Shown here: positions 53,714 through 64,000 of the stretch, one piece after another | How the letters are laid out: each line of letters opens with the position of its first letter | How positions within the stretch are numbered: position 1 is the first letter of the stretch | NCBI GenBank assembly: GCA_963676795.2 | Contig: CAXXTB010000002.1 | Location: 1,248,001-1,312,000 of the forward strand | Direction: 5' to 3' | DNA length: 64,000 bases | Origin: Geopsychrobacteraceae bacterium | Lineage (GTDB): Bacteria > Desulfobacterota > Desulfuromonadia > Desulfuromonadales > Geopsychrobacteraceae | Notes under the pieces: model-generated | What the model was told of the DNA's origin: nothing | The model's input: the letters and a program-made list of their open reading frames with translations, nothing else | Databases searched by the model: none | Program-made: the position numbers and the translations under genes

Positions 53714-54172
53714 ATGCAGCGCCCGAGCTGGGATGAATATTTCATGCAGATCACGGCGCATGTGGCCAGTCGCTCGACCTGTCTGAGAAGGCAGGTCGGA
53801 GCTCTGCTGGTCAAGGATCGCTGTATCCTGGCCACGGGCTATAATGGCGTTCCAAGCGGAATTACTCACTGCGACGTGACCGGTTGTCTGCGCGAACAGA
53901 TGCAGGTCCCTTCGGGGGAGCGGCATGAATTGTGCCGTGGTCTTCACGCTGAGCAGAACGCCATCATCCAGGCGGCCAGACACGGTGTGAATATTGCCGG
54001 TGCAACGCTCTACTGTACAGATTCTCCCTGTATCATCTGTTCCAAGATGCTGATCAATGCGGGGGTTGAAGAGGTTATCTACGGCCGAGGTTACCCGGAT
54101 CAATTGTCGCTTGAGATGCTTGGCGAAGCGGGGATAAGATTTCACCAATTTTCCGGGACATCTGCGCTATGA
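53714..54172 (+). CDS. dCMP deaminase (ComEB-like)
   Basis: [25 protein letters not shown]. Confidence 0.9.
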   Translation: MQRPSWDEYFMQITAHVASRSTCLRRQVGALLVKDRCILATGYNGVPSGITHCDVTGCLREQMQVPSGERHELCRGLHAEQNAIIQAARHGVNIAGATLYCTDSPCIICSKMLINAGVEEVIYGRGYPDQLSLEMLGEAGIRFHQFSGTSAL

Positions 54173-54627
54173 ACTGCCCTTTCTGCGGATTCGCCGACAC
54201 CCGGGTCGTCGATTCACGGCTTGGCAAGGAGGGGAACAATGTCCGCCGGCGACGTGAATGCCCCGGCTGCGGACGGCGTTTTACCACTTATGAGCGGGTC
54301 GAGGAGATCCTGCCCTGGGTGATCAAGAAGGACGGCCGACGCGAACCCTTTGATCGCAACAAGATCATTTCCGGCATGCAGCGCGCGTGCGAAAAGCGTC
54401 CCATCTCCGTGGAGCAGATCGAAGAGATGGTCGATCAGCTTGAGAGGCGTTTTCAGGAATGCGGGGACAAGGAGATTGCTGCAAGCCTGATTGGTGAGGC
54501 GGTCATGGACACGCTGCATCAGGCGGATGAGGTTGCCTATGTCCGCTTTGCCTCGGTCTACCGCCAATTCAAGGATATCAATGAATTTATGTCAGAATTG
54601 AATGATCTCCTGAAAAAATCGAATTGA
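54169..54627 (+). CDS. nrdR: Transcriptional repressor NrdR
   Basis: CPFC, RRRREC..C..RFTTYE; ATP cone; [10 protein letters not shown]. Confidence 0.96.
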   Translation: MNCPFCGFADTRVVDSRLGKEGNNVRRRRECPGCGRRFTTYERVEEILPWVIKKDGRREPFDRNKIISGMQRACEKRPISVEQIEEMVDQLERRFQECGDKEIAASLIGEAVMDTLHQADEVAYVRFASVYRQFKDINEFMSELNDLLKKSN

Positions 54628-54698
54628 GTGGTAAATCTTGAGACACCCGGCCGGAATTTCTGTTAAGTTATTTCGGTTTTCTTATTTTAGGGATCACG

Positions 54699-55811
54699 AT
54701 GCAGCATGCTCACGAGACATATATGCGCTGGGCCTTGGCCCTTGCAGAGAAGGGGGTCGGCAGGACAGCGCCGAACCCGCCGGTTGGTGCTGTTATTGTC
54801 AAGGATGGCGAGATCGTCGGTGAGGGCTATCACCCGCGTGCCGGTGAACCCCATGCCGAGGTTTTTGCCCTCAGGCAGGCTGCTGACAAAGCGCGCGGGG
54901 CCAGTATCTATGTGACCCTTGAGCCCTGCAGCCACTTCGGCAAGACGCCACCCTGTGCCGATGCCCTGATTGCGGCAGGGGTTAAAGAGGTCTTTGTCGG
55001 GGTTGTCGACCCGAATCCGCAGGTTTCTGGGCGCGGCATTGCGCGTTTGCGTGCTGCCGGGATCGTGGTTCATACCGATTTGCTCCATAGAGAATGCGAT
55101 GCGCTACTCGCTGCTTTCCGCAAGCAGATCGAGACCGGTCTTCCCTATACGATATACAAGTCGGCAATGACCTGCGACGGCAATATTGCCACAGAATCGG
55201 GCGACTCGAGGTGGGTGTCAGGTGAAAAAAGCCGTCAGCGCGTCCATCGCCTGCGAGATCGCGTCGAAGCCATTATGGTCGGCAGCGAGACCGTTCTCAA
55301 GGATAATCCGTTGCTCAACACCAGGCTGCCTGAGGGGGACGGCCGAGATCCGCTGCGCGTCGTCGTTGATGGCAGGCTGCGTATCGATCCTGGTTGTCGC
55401 ATGCTGAATCAGCAGTCAGCTGCGGATACTTTGGTTGCGACCGTTTCGTCCGATCGGCAAAAAATAGCGGCTCTGGAAGCTGCCGGTGCTGAGGTGCTGC
55501 AGTTTGCGGCTGTCGATGGCCGTGTGCCGCTGATGGAGTTGTGGCGCGAACTGGGGCGCAGGAATGTTCAGCGCCTGCTGCTTGAAGGTGGTGCCGGTCT
55601 GGCTAGTGCCTCTTTTGCTGCAGGGCTGATTGATCAGGTGATGATCTTTGTCGCCCCTAAACTTCTGGTCGGGCGCAGCTCCTATGGCATCTTTGCGGGA
55701 CAGGGTTGTGCTAAAATGGCAGAGGCGGTAGAACTTCAGGATGTCACATACGAACAGGTCGATTCCGATCTGTTGATCACTGGGAATATTGCTCGATGTT
55801 TACAGGTTTGA
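54699..55811 (+). CDS. ribD: Bifunctional riboflavin deaminase/reductase RibD
   Basis: PNPPVG, HAE, TLEPCSH..TPPC, EGGA. Confidence 0.95.
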   Translation: MQHAHETYMRWALALAEKGVGRTAPNPPVGAVIVKDGEIVGEGYHPRAGEPHAEVFALRQAADKARGASIYVTLEPCSHFGKTPPCADALIAAGVKEVFVGVVDPNPQVSGRGIARLRAAGIVVHTDLLHRECDALLAAFRKQIETGLPYTIYKSAMTCDGNIATESGDSRWVSGEKSRQRVHRLRDRVEAIMVGSETVLKDNPLLNTRLPEGDGRDPLRVVVDGRLRIDPGCRMLNQQSAADTLVATVSSDRQKIAALEAAGAEVLQFAAVDGRVPLMELWRELGRRNVQRLLLEGGAGLASASFAAGLIDQVMIFVAPKLLVGRSSYGIFAGQGCAKMAEAVELQDVTYEQVDSDLLITGNIARCLQV

Positions 55812-56449
55812 TTCAGGAGATAGGTCGAGTCAAGAAGCTTGACCGTCAGACGAATTCGGCACGGCTGACAATTGAGGCGGCCATGGTTGGTGATCAGCTG
55901 CAGATGGGTGAAAGTATCGCCGTCTCCGGCGCCTGCCTGACTGTTGTCGGATGGGACAGAGTCAGCTTTACTGTTGATGTTTCCCCTGAAACTCTCGATG
56001 TGACGACCCTGAAAGATCTGGCCCCGGGGCAGCCTGTCAATCTGGAACGGGCATTGCGTCTTGGTGATCGTCTCGGTGGCCACCTGGTCAGCGGGCATAT
56101 CGACTGCGTCGGGCGTGTTATCAAACGTTTTCAGGATGCCAATGCGGTCCGCTTCCATGTTGCTGTCCCGGATGAAGCGCTGCGCTATATCGTTGCCAAA
56201 GGGTCGGTCGCGATCGACGGGATCAGTCTGACGGTCAACGCTGTAACAGCCAGTGCCTTTGAGGTCGCAATCATCCCGCACTCACTGGAGGTGACCACGC
56301 TGCAGTTCTGCCGCGAAGGGAGTGCGGTCAATATCGAAACAGATCTGATCGGCCGCTATGTCGAGCGCCTGTTTCCCGGAGCGGAGAAGGATGGCAAGAC
56401 ATCCGGGGGCCTCAATCTCGACTTTCTTGCCAAAAATGGCTTTCTGTGA
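55796..56449 (+). CDS. ribE: Riboflavin synthase (alpha chain; RibC in E. coli naming)
   Basis: MFTGLI, GACLTV, VNLERA, GGHLVSGH, KGSVAIDGISLT. Confidence 0.95.
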   Translation: MFTGLIQEIGRVKKLDRQTNSARLTIEAAMVGDQLQMGESIAVSGACLTVVGWDRVSFTVDVSPETLDVTTLKDLAPGQPVNLERALRLGDRLGGHLVSGHIDCVGRVIKRFQDANAVRFHVAVPDEALRYIVAKGSVAIDGISLTVNAVTASAFEVAIIPHSLEVTTLQFCREGSAVNIETDLIGRYVERLFPGAEKDGKTSGGLNLDFLAKNGFL

Positions 56450-56485
56450 GATAAAACGCGTTTATCGCTCTAAAGGATGAGATTG

Positions 56486-57691
56486 ATGTCCATAGAAAAG
56501 ATTGAAGCAGCACTCGAAGATATCCGTCAGGGGAAAATGGTCATCCTGGTCGATGACGAGGACCGTGAAAACGAAGGGGATCTGGTTGCCGCCGCTGAGT
56601 TGACGACTCCTGAAATTATTAATTTTATGGCCCGTTTCGGACGCGGTCTGATCTGTCTGTCGCTGACGGAAGCTCGCGCCGATGAGCTTGACCTGCCGTT
56701 GATGGTTTCGGAAAACAGTTCATCCTTCGGGACCGCATTCACCATCTCGATCGAAGCGCGGCAGGGGGTTACCACCGGAATCTCGGCAGCTGATCGTGCC
56801 CATACCATCAGGGTTGCTGTCGATGACAGCACGACGGCGCGTGACCTGGCCAGACCTGGCCATGTCTTTCCGTTGCGCGCCAAGAAGGGCGGCGTCATGG
56901 TTCGCGCCGGTCAGACCGAAGGATCGGTTGACCTTGCGCGCCTGGCTGGGCTCAAGCCGGCCGGTGTGATCTGCGAAATCATGAATGAAGACGGGACCAT
57001 GGCCCGTATGCCCCAGCTCGAAGTTTTTGCCGCGGAACACGATCTCAAGATCATCACCATCGCTGATCTGGTCGCCTACCGCATGCGCAACGAGTTGCTG
57101 GTCAGGCGTGCCGCTGATACAACTCTGCCGACGCCTTTCGGTGGTGAGTTCAGGGCCATCGTCTATGAGAACGATGTCGATAAGGCCCAGCACATCGCCT
57201 TGATCAAAGGAGACCTCGACAAGACCAGCCCGGTTCTGGTGCGTGTCCATTCCGAGTGTCTGACCGGGGATGTCTTTGGTTCGCAGCGCTGCGATTGCGG
57301 CGAACAGCTGCATGCTTCGATGGAGTTCATCTCCCGGGAAGGGAGTGGGGTCATCCTCTATATGCGTCAGGAGGGGCGTGGCATTGGTCTGGTGAATAAA
57401 ATCAAGGCGTACGCGCTGCAGGATCAGGGCTATGATACGGTCGAAGCGAATCATGCTCTGGGCTTCGCCGACGATTTGCGTGACTATGGTCTGGGTGCAC
57501 AGATTCTGGCCGATCTTGGCATCAAGAAACTGCGCCTGATGACCAACAACCCGAAAAAGATTGTCGGTCTTGAGGGTTATGGCCTGGAAATCGTTGAACG
57601 GGTTCCGATTGAAATGCCTGCTCAGACCCGGAATATCAATTATCTGAAAACCAAACGTGATAAGAGCGGCCATATACTGGAAAACCTCTAG
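56486..57691 (+). CDS. ribBA: Bifunctional DHBP synthase / GTP cyclohydrolase II
   Basis: [46 protein letters not shown]. Confidence 0.96.
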   Translation: MSIEKIEAALEDIRQGKMVILVDDEDRENEGDLVAAAELTTPEIINFMARFGRGLICLSLTEARADELDLPLMVSENSSSFGTAFTISIEARQGVTTGISAADRAHTIRVAVDDSTTARDLARPGHVFPLRAKKGGVMVRAGQTEGSVDLARLAGLKPAGVICEIMNEDGTMARMPQLEVFAAEHDLKIITIADLVAYRMRNELLVRRAADTTLPTPFGGEFRAIVYENDVDKAQHIALIKGDLDKTSPVLVRVHSECLTGDVFGSQRCDCGEQLHASMEFISREGSGVILYMRQEGRGIGLVNKIKAYALQDQGYDTVEANHALGFADDLRDYGLGAQILADLGIKKLRLMTNNPKKIVGLEGYGLEIVERVPIEMPAQTRNINYLKTKRDKSGHILENL

Positions 57692-57715
57692 TAGTCCGTT
57701 CAAGGGAGATAGGTT

Positions 57716-58180
57716 ATGTCTGAAATGATCGAAGGACATCTTGAAGCGAAGGGCTATCGTTTTGGTATCGTAGTCAGCCGTTTCAACAGTTTTATTGTCG
57801 ACCGCCTGCTCGAAGGGGCGCTGGATACCCTGGTGCGTCACGGTGCGGATCGGGAGCAGATCACCATCGTCAAGGTGCCCGGTGCTTTCGAAATTCCGCT
57901 GGTGACCAAAAAAATGACCAATTCGGGAAAATACGACGGTGTCATCTGTCTCGGCGCGGTTATTCGTGGTGGAACTCCCCATTTCGAGTATGTCTGCTCG
58001 GAGATGACCAAGGGGATTGCCATGGCCTCTCTTGACTCCGGACTGCCGGTCGCTTTTGGTGTATTGACCACCGATACCATCGAACAGGCGATTGAGCGGG
58101 CCGGAACAAAGGCCGGCAACAAAGGGGTCGAAGCGGCCATGAGTGCCATCGAAATGGTCAACCTGCTGGGAGCGCTTTAA
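57716..58180 (+). CDS. ribH: Lumazine synthase
   Basis: [33 protein letters not shown]. Confidence 0.96.
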   Translation: MSEMIEGHLEAKGYRFGIVVSRFNSFIVDRLLEGALDTLVRHGADREQITIVKVPGAFEIPLVTKKMTNSGKYDGVICLGAVIRGGTPHFEYVCSEMTKGIAMASLDSGLPVAFGVLTTDTIEQAIERAGTKAGNKGVEAAMSAIEMVNLLGAL

Positions 58181-58184
58181 GACG

Positions 58185-58658
58185 ATGTCGAACAATCGCC
58201 GCGTTGCACGCGAGTGTGCACTGAAGGTCCTTTTTGCTCACCGGTTTGATGCTGATCATGCCCCCAGATTGCTTGATGATTTCTGGAGCAGTTTCAGGTT
58301 TGCTGATGACGCTTTGGGGGAGCCGCTTGAGACGGTCGATACCCCGTTGCCCAGCGCAACCCGGATCTTCGCTGAAGAAGTGGTCAAGGGTGTCATCAGC
58401 TACCGGGCTGTGATCGATCAGAAGATCAGCGCTGTTGCCAAGAACTGGTCTTTGGAGCGGATGGCGCCGGTCGATCTGGCTATCCTGCGTATCGGCGCAT
58501 TTGAACTGCTCTACCGTGACGATGTCCCGCTTCCGGTTGTTATCAATGAAGCGGTTGAAATCGCCAAACGTTACGGGACAAAAGAATCTCCCGCATTCGT
58601 TAATGGACTGTTGGATAAAATTGCCCAGGGCGCTAAACGCCCTGATTCTAAATCCTGA
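58185..58658 (+). CDS. nusB: Transcription antitermination factor NusB
   Basis: RRVARE, NWSLERM..VD..ILR, INEAVEIAKRYG, FVNGLLD. Confidence 0.95.
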   Translation: MSNNRRVARECALKVLFAHRFDADHAPRLLDDFWSSFRFADDALGEPLETVDTPLPSATRIFAEEVVKGVISYRAVIDQKISAVAKNWSLERMAPVDLAILRIGAFELLYRDDVPLPVVINEAVEIAKRYGTKESPAFVNGLLDKIAQGAKRPDSKS

Positions 58659-58671
58659 AATTGAGGTTGAT

Positions 58672-59982
58672 ATGAGTTCGTTAAAAGTTGGTCTGCTTGG
58701 GTTCGGAACGATCGGCACAGGAGTTGTGCGGGCTTTCCAGAAGAATGCTGAACTGATTGAGCGTCGTCTTGGACGTAAGCTTGAACTGGTCAAAATTGCC
58801 GATCTGGATATTACCACCGATCGTGGCGTACAGCTGGCCGATGGAGTGTTGACGACGAATGTCAATGACGTCCTGGTGAACCCGGAAATCGATATCGTTA
58901 TCGAGCTGATCGGTGGTTATGAGCCGGCCAAGAGCTTCATTCTTAAGGCCATTGAGGCCGGAAAGCACATTGTCACCGCCAACAAGGCGCTGATGGCTCT
59001 GCACGGTCAGGAGATTATAGCCGCTGCCGACAAGAATGGTGTCTCGGTCATGTTCGAGGCTGCCGTCGGTGGTGGTATCCCGGTGATCTCGGCGATTAAG
59101 GAAAACCTTTGTGTCAACCAGTTCAATACCGTTCTCGGTATTCTCAACGGCACCTGTAACTATATTCTGACCAAGATGACCGACGAGGGGAGCGACTTTG
59201 CGCCGGTCCTCAAAGAGGCGCAGCAGCTTGGCTATGCTGAAGCTGATCCGACCTTTGATGTCGAAGGGATCGATACCGCGCACAAGATTTCTCTGCTTTC
59301 GGCCCTCTGTTTCGGTACTAAGGTCGATTTCGATCAGGTTTACACCGAAGGGATCAGCAAGATCGATGCGATCGATATCAATTTTGCCACCCAGATGGGC
59401 TACAAGATCAAGCTGCTGGCGGTCGGCAAGAATCACGGCGATCAGATCGAGGTGCGTGTTCATCCGACCATGATCCCTAAAACCTATCAGCTTGCCGAGG
59501 TCGATGGCGTCTTCAATGCGGTGCGTATCAACGGCGATTTCGTCGGGCCGGCCATGTTCTACGGCCGTGGTGCCGGTATGGAAGCCACCGCCAGTGCGGT
59601 CATGGGGGATGTTATGGCGATTGCCCGAGACATCAATTCCGGTGCGAAGCTGCGGACTCCGATCCTCGGTTACTGTGCCGATGCGATTGCGGAACTGCCG
59701 ATTCGGGCAATGAGCGAGATCACCAGCCAGTATTATCTGCGTTTTACTACCGTTGATCGTCCGGGGGTCTTGTCTCAGATTGCCGGTTGTCTGGGAGAGC
59801 ACAACATCAGTATCCAGTCGATGATCCAGCCTGAATCGCACGCCAGCGACTCGGTTCCTATCGTTCTGATGACACACCAGGCTCAGGAAGCAGATGTCAA
59901 CGCGGCTCTGGCTGAGATCGACGAGCTTGACGTGGTCACCGCACCGACCCGCCTGATCCGGGTAGAAAACGAGCTGGATTGA
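58672..59982 (+). CDS. hom: Homoserine dehydrogenase with C-terminal ACT domain
   Basis: GFGTIG, VTANK, EAAVGGGIP, NGTCNYIL, GYAEADP, DRPGVL. Confidence 0.95.
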   Translation: MSSLKVGLLGFGTIGTGVVRAFQKNAELIERRLGRKLELVKIADLDITTDRGVQLADGVLTTNVNDVLVNPEIDIVIELIGGYEPAKSFILKAIEAGKHIVTANKALMALHGQEIIAAADKNGVSVMFEAAVGGGIPVISAIKENLCVNQFNTVLGILNGTCNYILTKMTDEGSDFAPVLKEAQQLGYAEADPTFDVEGIDTAHKISLLSALCFGTKVDFDQVYTEGISKIDAIDINFATQMGYKIKLLAVGKNHGDQIEVRVHPTMIPKTYQLAEVDGVFNAVRINGDFVGPAMFYGRGAGMEATASAVMGDVMAIARDINSGAKLRTPILGYCADAIAELPIRAMSEITSQYYLRFTTVDRPGVLSQIAGCLGEHNISIQSMIQPESHASDSVPIVLMTHQAQEADVNAALAEIDELDVVTAPTRLIRVENELD

Positions 59983-60001
59983 TCCGGTCCCTAGCTATGA
60001 A

Positions 60002-60037
60002 GCACAAAAAAAGAGGCGAACGCCTCTTTTTTTGTGC
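60002..60037. terminator. Bidirectional intrinsic terminator
   Basis: GCACAAAAAAAGAGGCG-aa-CGCCTCTTTTTTTGTGC between convergent genes. Confidence 0.85.
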
Positions 60038-60054
60038 CCGGAAATACTCCATGA

Positions 60055-61920
60055 TCAGCTGGTCGAAATCTCAGGTTCGACGATATAGCGTTTGATCTTT
60101 CTGGTCGTTGTCTTGGGAAATTCGTCTTCGCGTAGGGTGAATTTCTTGACCCGTTTGTAATCTGCCAGGTTTTTGCCAAAACTGAGAATCTCGTTGCGGA
60201 TCAACGCTTCAATCTGGGCCGCAGAGAGGTGGCCGATGTTGTTCTCCTTGGCGTAATTGAAGAGGGCTTCCTGGTCGGGGAAGACGACAGCGTAGACCTC
60301 TTCGGCGGTAGCGCTGAGCTTGTGGCCGTAAACCATGATTTCACAGATGTACGGACTCTTGAGAAGCTCGTTTTCAATCTCTTCCGGGTAGACGTTCTTA
60401 CCGTTTGGGGTAACGATCAGGTTTTTGACCCGGCCGCAGATCACCAGCATGCCGTCTGTGTCGATCCGCCCGAGGTCTCCGGTGTGATACCAGCCATCGA
60501 TCAGCGCATCACGCGTCTCCTCGGGATTGTTGTAGTAGCCGAGCATGACATTGGGGCCCTTGACGACGATTTCCCCTTCACCGTCTTTATTCGGATTCGC
60601 TATCTTTATTTCAACATCAGGCAGCGGAAGGCCGACCGTCCCGGCTTTGGTTCTGTGTGGTTGCTCGGCGGCGATGACCGGTGCGGTTTCAGTAATGCCA
60701 TAGCCCTGTATAATGTTGAGTCCCAGGTTTCTGAAGCCGGTGGCAATTTCCGGGTCAAGGGCCGCTCCTCCGCTGGCAAAAGTGGTGTTCTTGCCAAGGA
60801 TCTGCTGAATTTTTCCGGTCACGAGTTTGCGGGTCGGGGCAAATTTGTAGAGCAATCTTGAAGACGGTTTTGTTTCGATATTTTTCATGATCCGGGCCAG
60901 CAGCATCTGGTAGACGGCCGGTACGGCAAGCAGAAAGGTCGGCTTGATCTCGTTGAGATTGTCGCCAAGTTTCTTGATCGATTCGGCAAAGGTGACGGTC
61001 CCGCCCAGGGAGAGCGGCAGGAGGACACCGCAGACCTGCTCAAAGACATGGTTGATCGGCAGGAAGGAGAGGGTCGAGATCGTGCCGTCGAGATTGATGT
61101 GCTGTCTGACCCCGTCGAGGTTGCTGACGATATTGCGATGACTCAGCATTGCCCCTTTGGAGCGCCCGGTTGTTCCCGACGTATAGAGAATAATGGCACA
61201 ATCGTCGGCGCTGCGTCGCGACGGGGGAAGTGGGTTGCTCTCGGAAATATCCCTGAAGGCGAAGAGGCGCTTTTCCTGTAACAGTTTGCGGCGGGTCAGT
61301 TCTGTGCCGGCCAGCAGATTATACTTTTGCTGCTTGTCCTTCTGCTTCTGCTGTTGTTTTGACAGCAGTTTGAGCGTTTCGTTGGCACAGTCCTCAATCT
61401 CCAGGGTGCGTTCTTCGGGGATCTTCAGATCGACGACCAGCTCGCGCCAGAGGCCGGAAAGTTTGGCGACAAGTACAGCAACTTCATCCCTGTCCAGGGC
61501 TTCCGGCAGGGGAGAGTCGAGGAGGATGATTTTCTCCAGCAATGGCAGGTCGTCAATGACTTCGAGCAGGGTTTCAAACTGAGGTTGTGCAACCAGCACT
61601 GCCTGGGCATCCGAGTCATCGAGAATATGACGCAGTTCAGTCGCTTTAAGCTCCTTGTCGATCGGCAGAACGATGCCGTCAGCGCGCAGAATCGCCAGAT
61701 AGGCGATGACCCAGCGTGTCGAGGATGGTCCGATCAGGGCAACGTGCATATTTTCCTTGATACCGAGCTGGCGCAGGCCGGCGGCTAATTTTTCGACGAT
61801 CTCCCAGAGTCTGGCGTAGCTCAGTGGCTTCCAGGCTCCGTCGGATTTGTACTGCATGGCGATCTTGTTCGGGAACTTTTTGCAGCTTGCTTCGATGATC
61901 TGCGGAATGGTCTGCGCCAA
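60055..61920 (-). CDS. Long-chain fatty acid--CoA ligase (AMP-binding, FadD/FAA1-like)
   Basis: YTSGTTGRSKG, QGYGITET, YHTGDLG, GKNVYPEEIE. TTG start at 61920 after AAGGAG; alternative ATG at 61971. Confidence 0.88.
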   Translation of the reverse strand: MAQTIPQIIEASCKKFPNKIAMQYKSDGAWKPLSYARLWEIVEKLAAGLRQLGIKENMHVALIGPSSTRWVIAYLAILRADGIVLPIDKELKATELRHILDDSDAQAVLVAQPQFETLLEVIDDLPLLEKIILLDSPLPEALDRDEVAVLVAKLSGLWRELVVDLKIPEERTLEIEDCANETLKLLSKQQQKQKDKQQKYNLLAGTELTRRKLLQEKRLFAFRDISESNPLPPSRRSADDCAIILYTSGTTGRSKGAMLSHRNIVSNLDGVRQHINLDGTISTLSFLPINHVFEQVCGVLLPLSLGGTVTFAESIKKLGDNLNEIKPTFLLAVPAVYQMLLARIMKNIETKPSSRLLYKFAPTRKLVTGKIQQILGKNTTFASGGAALDPEIATGFRNLGLNIIQGYGITETAPVIAAEQPHRTKAGTVGLPLPDVEIKIANPNKDGEGEIVVKGPNVMLGYYNNPEETRDALIDGWYHTGDLGRIDTDGMLVICGRVKNLIVTPNGKNVYPEEIENELLKSPYICEIMVYGHKLSATAEEVYAVVFPDQEALFNYAKENNIGHLSAAQIEALIRNEILSFGKNLADYKRVKKFTLREDEFPKTTTRKIKRYIVEPEISTS

Positions 61921-62125
61921 TTGATTGCTCCTTCGCAATTTAATGCATTTGGCTCTATTGCTTTTGTCCATAAAGGGTGGTTTACTCTAGCTTTGTCCTC
62001 TGTTTCAGGCAAGCTTGAAATGAATCGTTTCGATGGCACTGTTTTTTTCTGGAAAATGAACTAAGTCCAGAAAATGACTTGACAGAATTCGGGGCGATTT
62101 GATACAAGAAACGCCGGTTGGTTGC

Positions 62126-62200
<75 letters not shown>

Positions 62201-62231
62201 TAACCGGCACCTGAAATCACCGTACTGACGT

Positions 62232-62260
62232 AGAGGCATCTGACATGGATGCCTTTTTTT
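62232..62260 (+). terminator. Terminator-like hairpin between tRNA-Val and thrS
   Basis: GAGGCATC-tgacatg-GATGCCTT followed by a T-run. Confidence 0.6.
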
Positions 62261-62277
62261 GTTTGATGGAGCTCGAA

Positions 62278-64000
62278 ATGGGATTATTGCAGATTGTATT
62301 ACCTGATGGGGCATGTAAAGAAGTCGAGTCCGGCTCTACTCCTTACGATGTCGCTATGACGATCAGCGAAGGCTTGGCGCGTCAGGCGCTTGCCGCGCGT
62401 ATTGATGGTGAGCTGGTCGATGTGACCCGTCCGCTTGAGCGTTCCGGCAAGCTCGATCTGATTACCTCCCGTTCTCCGGAGGCGCTTGAGATTGTCCGTC
62501 ACTCCTGTGCTCACCTGATGGCTCAGGCCGTCAAGGAGCTCTATGGCGATGAGGTTCAGGTGACTATCGGTCCTGCCATCAAGGACGGTTTCTATTACGA
62601 TTTTTACAGCGCGACCAAGAAGTTCGTTCCTGAGGATTTTCCAGTTATTGAAAAGAAGATGCAGGAGCTGGCTAACGCCAAGCTGGCGATCAGCCGTGAG
62701 GTCATGTCGCGCCAGGATGCCATTGAGCTGTTCCGTGGCATGGGAGAGGCTTACAAGGTTGAGCTGATCGAAAGCCTCGATCAGGAGACTGTCTCTCTCT
62801 ACCGCCAGGGCGATTTTGTTGACCTCTGTCGGGGGCCTCACGTCCCGAATACCGGAATTTTCAAGGCCTTCAAGCTGACCAGTCTGGCCGGGGCTTACTG
62901 GCGTGGTGACGAAAAGAACGCCATGCTGCAGCGTATCTACGCTACTGCTTTTCTCGATAAGAAAGAGCTCAAGGCTCATCTTGAGCGCCTTGAGGAAGCA
63001 AGAAAGCGCGATCATCGCAAGCTTGGCCGTGAGCTGGATCTCTTTTCCTTCAGTGAAGAGGCCGGCGGCGGGCTGGTGCTCTGGCACCCGAAAGGGGCCA
63101 TGCTGCGGACCGTCATCGAGGACTTTGAGCGTAAGGAGCATCTCAGGCGCGGCTACGAGATTGTCGTTGGCCCGCAGATTCTCAAGACAGACCTGTGGAA
63201 GATGTCCGGTCATTACGAGAACTATCGCGAAAATATGTACTTCACCGAGGTCGATGGGCAGAGCTACGGTGTCAAACCGATGAACTGTCTGGCTCATATG
63301 CTGATCTATAAGTCAAAGCCGCGCTCTTATCGCAATCTGCCGGTGCGGTTCTTTGAGCTGGGTACCGTTCACCGTCACGAGAAGTCGGGCGTTCTGCACG
63401 GCTTATTGCGCGTCCGCGGTTTTACCCAGGATGATGCTCACATCATTTGCCGTCCGGACCAGATCGATTCCGAGGTCAAGGCGATCATGGCCTTTGTCCA
63501 GGATGTCGCAGGTATCTTTGGTTTTGAGTACACCATGGAGCTCTCAACCCGCCCGGAAAAATCGATCGGCAGTGACGAGGACTGGGAGCGTGCGACCAGT
63601 GCCTTGCGCAGCGCCCTTGAAGGGAGCGGCCAGGAATATGAGATCAATGAGGGCGATGGCGCTTTTTATGGGCCAAAGATCGATGTTAAGCTGAAGGACG
63701 CGCTTGACAGAGAGTGGCAGTGTGCTACAATCCAGTGCGATTTTACCCTGCCGGAGCGCTTTGATCTGACATATGTCGGTGCCGATGGTGAAAAACATCG
63801 CCCGGTTATGCTGCACCGGGTTATCCTCGGTTCGATTGAACGTTTTATTGGTGTTCTGATTGAACACTACGCGGGTGCTTTCCCTCTCTGGCTGTCGCCG
63901 GTCCAGGCGGTGGTATTAAACGTCACCGACAACCAGGCTGATTATGCGCAACAGGTCTTTGAGCAGTTGCGTGCTGCCGGTGTTCGCGTAGAGCTGGATC
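62278..64000 (+). CDS. thrS: Threonine--tRNA ligase (3' truncated by the window edge; missing from the ORF track)
   Basis: My translation from ATG 62278: [11 protein letters not shown] (TGS domain), [46 protein letters not shown]. Confidence 0.96.
   Translation, partial: MGLLQIVLPDGACKEVESGSTPYDVAMTISEGLARQALAARIDGELVDVTRPLERSGKLDLITSRSPEALEIVRHSCAHLMAQAVKELYGDEVQVTIGPAIKDGFYYDFYSATKKFVPEDFPVIEKKMQELANAKLAISREVMSRQDAIELFRGMGEAYKVELIESLDQETVSLYRQGDFVDLCRGPHVPNTGIFKAFKLTSLAGAYWRGDEKNAMLQRIYATAFLDKKELKAHLERLEEARKRDHRKLGRELDLFSFSEEAGGGLVLWHPKGAMLRTVIEDFERKEHLRRGYEIVVGPQILKTDLWKMSGHYENYRENMYFTEVDGQSYGVKPMNCLAHMLIYKSKPRSYRNLPVRFFELGTVHRHEKSGVLHGLLRVRGFTQDDAHIICRPDQIDSEVKAIMAFVQDVAGIFGFEYTMELSTRPEKSIGSDEDWERATSALRSALEGSGQEYEINEGDGAFYGPKIDVKLKDALDREWQCATIQCDFTLPERFDLTYVGADGEKHRPVMLHRVILGSIERFIGVLIEHYAGAFPLWLSPVQAVVLNVTDNQADYAQQVFEQLRAAGVRVELD

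Noticed and set aside
54628..54698. Possible FMN riboswitch before ribD
   Set aside because: The gap is too short (71 nt) and has no RFN consensus.

Overview
This is a 64 kb stretch of a bacterial chromosome. Gene content and order suggest a Desulfuromonadales-like deltaproteobacterium (inference). About 27-64 kb is conserved housekeeping sequence: tatD-rSAM/metG/ricT/holB, rnc-era-der, infA, leuS-lptE-holA, rpsT, murJ, yceD-rpmF-plsX-fabH-fabD-fabG-acpP-fabF, rpiB-glyA-dCMP deaminase-nrdR-ribD-ribE-ribBA-ribH-nusB-hom, an acyl-CoA ligase, tRNA-Val(GAC) and the 5' part of thrS. The first 27 kb is more accessory. It holds the sbcC 3' end, a Cache-HAMP receptor with no output domain, and an AT-rich islet with an RHH protein plus a small coiled-coil gene. 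It also holds a catabolic module (HAAT ABC transporter, GabT-like aminotransferase, aldehyde dehydrogenase, sigma-54 response regulator, dCache/PAS kinase), an AddAB-like pair, a degenerate retropepsin-like protein, AsmA and glutathione reductase. The best-supported candidate system is that catabolic module. It has two consensus sigma-54 promoters, each preceded by a closely matching 29-bp enhancer-like motif, and a kinase carrying the full amino-acid-binding dCache motif, which points to a GABA/omega-amino-acid regulon. I saw no CRISPR array, rRNA, integrase or transposase. All calls come from reading motifs by eye; no database search was run.
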